Of a stretch of 64,000 bases of DNA, positions 58,226 to 64,000 are shown in pieces. Each line of letters starts with the position of its first letter. The first letter of the stretch is position 1. The notes below the pieces were generated by a model, which saw only the letters and a program-made list of their open reading frames with translations, made no database searches and was not told the DNA's origin. The position numbers and the translations under genes are program-made. The stretch lies in the NCBI GenBank assembly GCA_963798065.1, contig CAWCSC010000030.1, forward strand, positions 2,293-66,292, in the 5' to 3' direction. The stretch is from an uncultured Actinomycetota bacterium (GTDB lineage Bacteria > Actinomycetota > Actinomycetes > Streptomycetales > Streptomycetaceae).

Positions 58226-59305
58226 TCAGCCGACGACCGTCCAGGTGTCCCCGCCCGTCAGCAGCGCGCCCAGGTCGCCCTTGCCGTGCCGCTCGATCGC
58301 GTTGTCGAGCTGGTCGGCCATCTGCGTGTCGTAGACGGGCCGGTCTACGGAACGCAGGACACCGATCGGGGTGTGGTGCAGGGTGTCCGGGTCGGCCAGG
58401 CGGGACAGGGCGAACGCCGTGGTCGGGGACGGGGAGTGCGCGTCGTGGACGAGCACCTGGTCCTCGTTCTCCGGCGTCACCGCGACCACCTTCAGATCAC
58501 CGGTCAGCCGGTCCCGTACGACACCCTTGGCCAGGTCGCTGCCGAAGCGGATCGGCTTGCCGTGCTCCAGCCGGATCACGGCCTCCTCGGCCTGCTGCTT
58601 GTCCTTGAGGGCCTCGAAGGCGTTGTCGTTGAAGATGTTGCAGTTCTGGTAGATCTCGATCAGGGCCGTGCCCTGGTGGGCGGCGGCCTGGCGCAGCACC
58701 TCCGTCAGGTGCTTGCGGTCGGAGTCGACCGTCCGCGCCACGAACGACGCCTCCGCGCCGATCGCCAGCGACACCGGGTTGAAGGGCGCGTCCAGCGAAC
58801 CCATCGGCGTCGACTTGGTGATCTTCCCGACCTCGGAGGTCGGCGAGTACTGGCCCTTGGTCAGACCGTAGATCCGGTTGTTGAACAGCAGGATCTTGAG
58901 GTTGACGTTGCGGCGCAGCGCGTGGATCAGGTGGTTGCCGCCGATCGACAGCGCATCGCCGTCGCCCGTGACGACCCACACCGACAGATCGCGGCGGGAG
59001 CTGGCCAGACCGGTGGCGATGGCGGGGGCGCGGCCGTGGATGGAGTGCATCCCGTACGTGTTCATGTAGTACGGGAACCGGGAGGAGCAGCCGATGCCCG
59101 AGACGAAGACGATGTTCTCCTTCGCCAGCCCCAGCTCGGGCATGAAGCCCTGCACCGCGGCGAGGATGGCGTAGTCGCCGCAGCCGGGGCACCAGCGCAC
59201 TTCCTGATCGGACTTGAAGTCCTTCATCGACTGCCGGCCCTCGGCCTTGGGGACGAGGGAAAGCGCTTCGACGGTGCCCGTGCCGTGCGTGGACGTCTCA
59301 GCCAT
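58226..59305 (-). CDS. korB: 2-oxoacid:ferredoxin oxidoreductase beta subunit
   Basis: WCPGCGD, SGIGCS, HGRA, GDGD..SIGGNH, YGLTKGQ. Confidence 0.93.
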   Translation of the reverse strand: MAETSTHGTGTVEALSLVPKAEGRQSMKDFKSDQEVRWCPGCGDYAILAAVQGFMPELGLAKENIVFVSGIGCSSRFPYYMNTYGMHSIHGRAPAIATGLASSRRDLSVWVVTGDGDALSIGGNHLIHALRRNVNLKILLFNNRIYGLTKGQYSPTSEVGKITKSTPMGSLDAPFNPVSLAIGAEASFVARTVDSDRKHLTEVLRQAAAHQGTALIEIYQNCNIFNDNAFEALKDKQQAEEAVIRLEHGKPIRFGSDLAKGVVRDRLTGDLKVVAVTPENEDQVLVHDAHSPSPTTAFALSRLADPDTLHHTPIGVLRSVDRPVYDTQMADQLDNAIERHGKGDLGALLTGGDTWTVVG

Positions 59306-61227
59306 CGATGGCCTCCTTCAGAACCGCGGCGAGCTGCTCCGCCTTGAACGGCATGCCGTTGACCTGGTTGTACGACTGGGCGTCGACCAGGTACTTCGCC
59401 CGGATGAGCGTGGCGAGCTGCCCGAGGTTCATCTCGGGGACCACCACCTTGTCGTAACGCTTCAGGACCGTGCCGAGGTTCTTCGGGAAGGGGTTGAGAT
59501 GGCGCAGATGCGCCTGCGCGACGGACTCCCCGGCTCTGCGCAGCCGCCGCACCGCCGCCGTGATCGGCCCGTACGTCGAACCCCAGCCCAGGACGAGGGT
59601 CTTGGCCTCGTGCGGGTCGTCGACCGCGAGGTCCGGGACGTCGATGCCGTCGATCTTGGCCTGCCGGGTGCGGACCATGAAGTCGTGGTTGGCCGGCGAG
59701 TAGGAGATGTTGCCCGTGCCGTCCTCCTTCTCGATGCCGCCGATCCGGTGCTCCAGGCCCGGTGTGCCCGGGATGGCCCACGGGCGGGCCAGCGTCTGCG
59801 GGTCGCGCTTGTAGGGCCAGAACACCTCGGAGCCGTCGTCGAGGGTGTGGTTCGGGCCCTGCGCGAACTGCACCCGCAGGTCCGGCAGCTCGTCCAGGTC
59901 CGGGATCCGCCAGGGCTCGGAGCCGTTGGCCAGGTAACCGTCGGAGAGGAGGAAGACCGGCGTGCGGTACGTCAGCGCGATCCGCGCCGCCTCGAGCGCG
60001 GCGTCGAAGCAGTCCGCCGGCGTACGGGGCGCGACCACCGGGACCGGGGCCTCGCCGTTGCGCCCGTACATCGCCTGGAGCAGGTCGGCCTGCTCGGTCT
60101 TGGTGGGCAGACCGGTCGACGGGCCGCCGCGCTGGATGTCGATGACCAGCAGCGGCAGCTCCAGGGAGACCGCGAGGCCGATGGTCTCGGACTTCAGTGC
60201 CACACCGGGACCACTCGTCGTGGTCACGGCCAGCGAACCACCGAAGGCCGCGCCCAGCGCGGCCCCGATACCGGCGATCTCGTCCTCGGCCTGGAAGGTC
60301 CGCACGCCGAAGTTCTTGTGCTTGCTCAGCTCGTGCAGGATGTCGGAGGCCGGAGTGATCGGATACGACCCCAGGTACAGCGGCAGATCCGCCTGCCGGC
60401 TCGCGGCGACCAGGCCGTACGACAGGGCGAGGTTGCCGGAGATGTTGCGGTAGACACCCGGCGGGAACGCCGTGGCCGCCGGGGCGACCTCGTAGGAGAC
60501 GGCGAAGTCCTCGGTGGTCTCGCCGAAGTTCCAGCCGGCCCGGAACGCGGCGATGTTGGCCGCCGCGATGTCCGGCTTCTTCGCGAACTTCGATTTCAGG
60601 AACTTCTCCGTGCCCTCGGTGGGCCGGTGGTACATCCAGCTCAGCAGGCCCAGCGCGAACATGTTCTTGCTGCGCTCGGCCTCCTTACGGGTGAGGTCGA
60701 ACTCCTTCAGGGCCTCGACGGTGAGCGTGGTCAGCGGCACCGGGTGCAGGTGGTAGCCGTCCAGCGACCCGTCCTCCAGCGGACGGTCTCGTAGCCGACC
60801 TTCTGCATCGCCCGCTTGGTGAACTCGTCCGTGTTGACGATCACCTCGGCGCCGCGCGGCAGGTCGCCGATGTTCGCCTTCAGCGCGGCCGGGTTCATCG
60901 CCACCAGCACGTTCGGCGCGTCACCGGGCGTGAGGATGTCGTGGTCGGCGAAGTGCAACTGGAAGGACGAGACACCCGGCAGGGTGCCGGCGGGCGCCCG
61001 GATCTCGGCCGGGAAGTTCGGCAGCGTCGACAGGTCGTTGCCGAACGACGCGGTCTCCGAGGTGAAACGGTCACCGGTGAGCTGCATACCGTCACCCGAG
61101 TCCCCCGCGAACCTGATGATCACCCGGTCGAGGCGGCGGACGTCCTTCGCACCCGCCGCGTTTGCGCTGCTCTCCTACGGACTGCTCCGTCGGCCTGCTC
61201 CGCTGGGCTACTGACCTGGCTGGTCAC
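59298..61227 (-). CDS. korA: 2-oxoacid:ferredoxin oxidoreductase alpha subunit (frameshifts near 60780 and 61170)
   Basis: [48 protein letters not shown]. Confidence 0.93.
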
Positions 61228-61452
61228 TGAACTGGACCTCCCTCGAGGACGGCTGTCCGGGACAGGCCTTCCCGCAGGCCTCCCAGGATCAACCCTACGA
61301 CCGTAAGGGTCGCCTTCTTCGGTGTCATTCGCATCTTGGACACGACTTTGGGACGATCGTGCGCCCTGACGTTGTCCGGATTTCCCGTCCCGAGCGCTGT
61401 TCTTGTAGACGTTCCACGGTTGCCTCGTGGTTCGTCGGGAATGGTCGTCCGG

Positions 61453-61546
61453 TCAGGAATCGAGGCGTCGGAGTTGGAGCTCAGGGATCGAGGTGTGATC
61501 AGGGTCGAGGTGCGTCAGGAATCGAGGTGCCTCAGGAATTGAGGTA
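61453..61546. repeat. Five degenerate direct copies of TCAGGAATCGAGGTG
   Basis: Copies start at 61453, 61481, 61499, 61515 and 61532; the last copy is the final codons of the response regulator. Confidence 0.75.
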
Positions 61547-62203
61547 GGTCAGCACGGCCAGCACCCTGCGGTGGTCGCCCTCGCTCGGGGACAGTCCCAG
61601 CTTCAGGAAGATGTTGCTGACGTGCTTCTCGACCGCCCCGTCGCTGACCACGAGCTGCCGGGCGATCGCCGAGTTCGTCCGCCCCTCGGCCATCAGCCCC
61701 AGCACCTCCCGCTCCCGCGGGGTGAGCCCCGCCAGCACGTCCTGCTTACGGCTGCGGCCCAGCAACTGCGCGACCACCTCCGGGTCCAGCGCCGTACCAC
61801 CCTCGGCCACCCGCACCACCGCGTCCACGAACTCCCGCACCTCGGCCACCCGGTCCTTCAGCAGATAGCCGACGCCCCGGCTGGAACCGGCGAGCAGCTC
61901 CGTGGCGTAGCGCTCCTCCACGTACTGCGACAGCACCAGCACCCCGAGCCCGGGATGCGCCTTGCGCAACTGCACCGCCGCCCGCACTCCCTCGTCCGTG
62001 TGTGTCGGCGGCATCCGCACGTCCGCCACCACGACGTCCGGCAGCTCGCCCTGCGCGTCCAGCTCCGTGATGGTCTTGATCAGAGCCTCGCCGTCACCGA
62101 CACCGGCGACGACCTCGTGCCCGCGGTCGGTCAGCAACCGGGTCAGGCCCTCCCTGAGCAGCACTGAATCCTCGGCGATGACCACCCGCACCCTGTCCTC
62201 CAC
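61532..62203 (-). CDS. NarL/LuxR-family response regulator (AbrC3-like)
   Basis: VVIAEDSVLLREG, DVRMPP, YLLKDRV, LTPREREVL; adjacent to korAB as recalled for SCO4596. Confidence 0.92.
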   Translation of the reverse strand: MEDRVRVVIAEDSVLLREGLTRLLTDRGHEVVAGVGDGEALIKTITELDAQGELPDVVVADVRMPPTHTDEGVRAAVQLRKAHPGLGVLVLSQYVEERYATELLAGSSRGVGYLLKDRVAEVREFVDAVVRVAEGGTALDPEVVAQLLGRSRKQDVLAGLTPREREVLGLMAEGRTNSAIARQLVVSDGAVEKHVSNIFLKLGLSPSEGDHRRVLAVLTYLNS

Positions 62204-62466
62204 GATGTTCGGCCCCCCACAGCCCGACGCCGCCCGTCCGCAGCCCACAACGGCTCCGCGCCCACCCGTGCGACGGGTCCAGCATTTCAGGATCGGGGGG
62301 TGGATGGGGGCAGGACCGGCTTCTTGTCTGACCGATCGGGCAGGGGCTTGCCTGACGTCCGAACGATCCGGGTGGTAGGTGGGCGAAGGCCGGAGGTCCA
62401 GCGGGCTCCGCCCTCTGGACCGGCTCGCCGGAGGCCGAGACCCCTGTCGCGCCCCTCAACCCAAGG

Positions 62467-63833
62467 TCACCGCACGTGCGTGCCACGCCACGGAAGCTCG
62501 GCAGTCACCCGGGTCGGCCCTCCCGTCGGCGAGTCCACCACCAGGATGCCGTCCACCGCGTCGAGCCGCTCCGCCAGTCCCGCGAGACCGGACCCCTGGG
62601 ATACGTCGGCCCCGCCCACGCCGTTGTCCACGACCTGCAGCATCAGCCGGTTCTCCGTCCGCCACACCTCCACGCCCGCCCAGGTCGCCCGCGCGTGCTT
62701 GCTGACGTTCTGCAGCAGCTCCGACACCGTGAAGTAGGCGATCCCCTCGATCGCCGGCGCCGGCCGCTCCGCGAGATCGACCTCGACCCGCACCGGCACC
62801 GTGCACCGCGAGGCCACCGACGACAGCGCCGCGTCCAGCCCCCGGTCCGTCAGCACCGCGGGGTGGATCCCCCGGGCCAGATCCCGCAGCTCCTGCAGCG
62901 CCGTCTTCACCTCGCCATGCGCCTCGTCGACCATGTGCGCGGCCGCCTCGGGATCCTCCTGGAGCTTCTCCTTCGCCAGCCCCAGATCCATGGCCAGTGC
63001 CACCAGCCGGGCCTGCGCCCCGTCGTGCAGATCCCGCTCGATGCGCCGCAGGTCGGCGGCGGCCGTGTCGACCACGACCCCCCGGTCCGACTCCAGCTCC
63101 ACCACCCGCGAGGCCAGCCGCGACGGCCCGAGCAGCCCGTGCACCATCAGCCGGTCCGGCATCGTCAGCGCCCGCACGATCCACGGCATGGCGATCGTGA
63201 ACAGCAGACCCACCAGCGCGGTCACCGTGATCTCGAAGGGGTTGTCGAGGTAGATCCGGTGCGTCTCGTCGCCGTACAGCTGAGATCCCGTCCTGGCCGG
63301 CGTACATCGGGAACACCCAGAACCACAGCGGGTACGTCAGCAGCGCCCAGCCCAGCGCCCACACGTTCACGGCGACGGCGAACGAGAACACCGCCCAGGG
63401 CAGATGCAGCAGCGCGTACAGCAGGGCTCGCCACGAGGCGCCGCTCTTGAGGACGGCCCCCATCCAGGCCATCGCGCCCGGCTTCTTCATCCGCAGCGGC
63501 TCCGGGTCGGCCACGTCCAGGTCCAGCAGCGCACGCGCCCGCATCCGCTCCAGCGCCCCGAAGCCGCGGCACCCGGCGAGCGCCGCGGCCAGCACCGGCA
63601 CGCCGAGGAACGTCACGAGCAGTCCCGCCCCCAGCGACACCATCGTGACCGCGTAGGTGAACAGCAGGATGCTGATCGGCAGGCTGAGCAGCACATGGCC
63701 GAGCTCCCGCCAGGTGCGGCCCTCGACCGGCGCCCGCAGCGCGGCGGGCAGCCGGTGCCGCCGTCGTTCGGTGCTCCCGGGGAAGCCCGGGCCCGCTGCC
63801 GAGCCCGTATCCCTGTCCGTACTCCGTGGCCAT
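62467..63833 (-). CDS. Sensor histidine kinase, HisKA_3 type (AbrC2-like; frameshifts near 63280 and 63770)
   Basis: RRIERDLHDGAQARL, ELLQNVSKHA, DNGVGGA, GSGLAGL; N-terminal TM sensor domain. Confidence 0.9.
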
Positions 63834-63931
63834 CGGCGTCGTCCTTCTCCTCGTCATGCGGCTGTGCTCTCGTACCTCCACCCTGCTCCGCCGCAGGTCG
63901 GCGGACCATGGAGTCCGTCGGCGTCTTGGAC

Positions 63932-63949
63932 GGGGGGTTTTCCCTACCT
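63932..63949. promoter_or_regulatory. Possible NarL-type regulator site upstream of the kinase
   Basis: GGGGGGTTTTCCCTACCT, imperfect palindrome about 100 bp upstream of the start. Confidence 0.3.
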
Positions 63950-64000
63950 CGGGCGCGGTCTGGGACTCCTGTCCCTCGGCGCCGGGCCCTGGGACTTTGC

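Overview
High-GC actinobacterial chromosome, almost certainly Streptomyces. From memory, the gene order matches the S. coelicolor SCO4559-SCO4597 core region. The conserved backbone is: 3' end of a geranylgeranyl-reductase-family gene, def, an NlpC/P60 hydrolase, the 14-gene nuoA-N operon (Rex operator upstream), recQ, an M56 peptidase, fahA, a HAD hydrolase, a LysM-SLT hydrolase behind a c-di-AMP riboswitch, a polyprenyl synthase, a LolA-like protein plus ABC transporter, a flavodoxin-like protein, an M28 aminopeptidase, VOC, rarD, an NmrA/HxlR pair, korAB and an AbrC-like two-component system. Two accessory modules interrupt it. (1) At 21.6-28.5 kb, a GntR-led operon encodes an AprB-like ferredoxin, a sulfonate/nitrate-type ABC importer whose binding protein carries a NosL-like tail, and an AprA-like flavoprotein fused to HEAT repeats. 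This is the best candidate for an uncharacterised system. (2) At 31.4-42.3 kb, a cell-surface polysaccharide locus encodes a DegT-like enzyme, a Wzx-like flippase fusion, a GT-C/Wzy-like protein, GH26, a CE4 deacetylase, GT2 and a CelD/BcsL GNAT. Also present: a CTAG-bounded MITE-like element, two deletion-derived pseudogene scars, tandem repeats and a RecA-NDp-type promoter at recQ. Many single-base frameshifts, even in core genes, point to uncorrected long-read errors, so several gene boundaries are approximate. All family calls are by-eye motif recognition; no searches were run.
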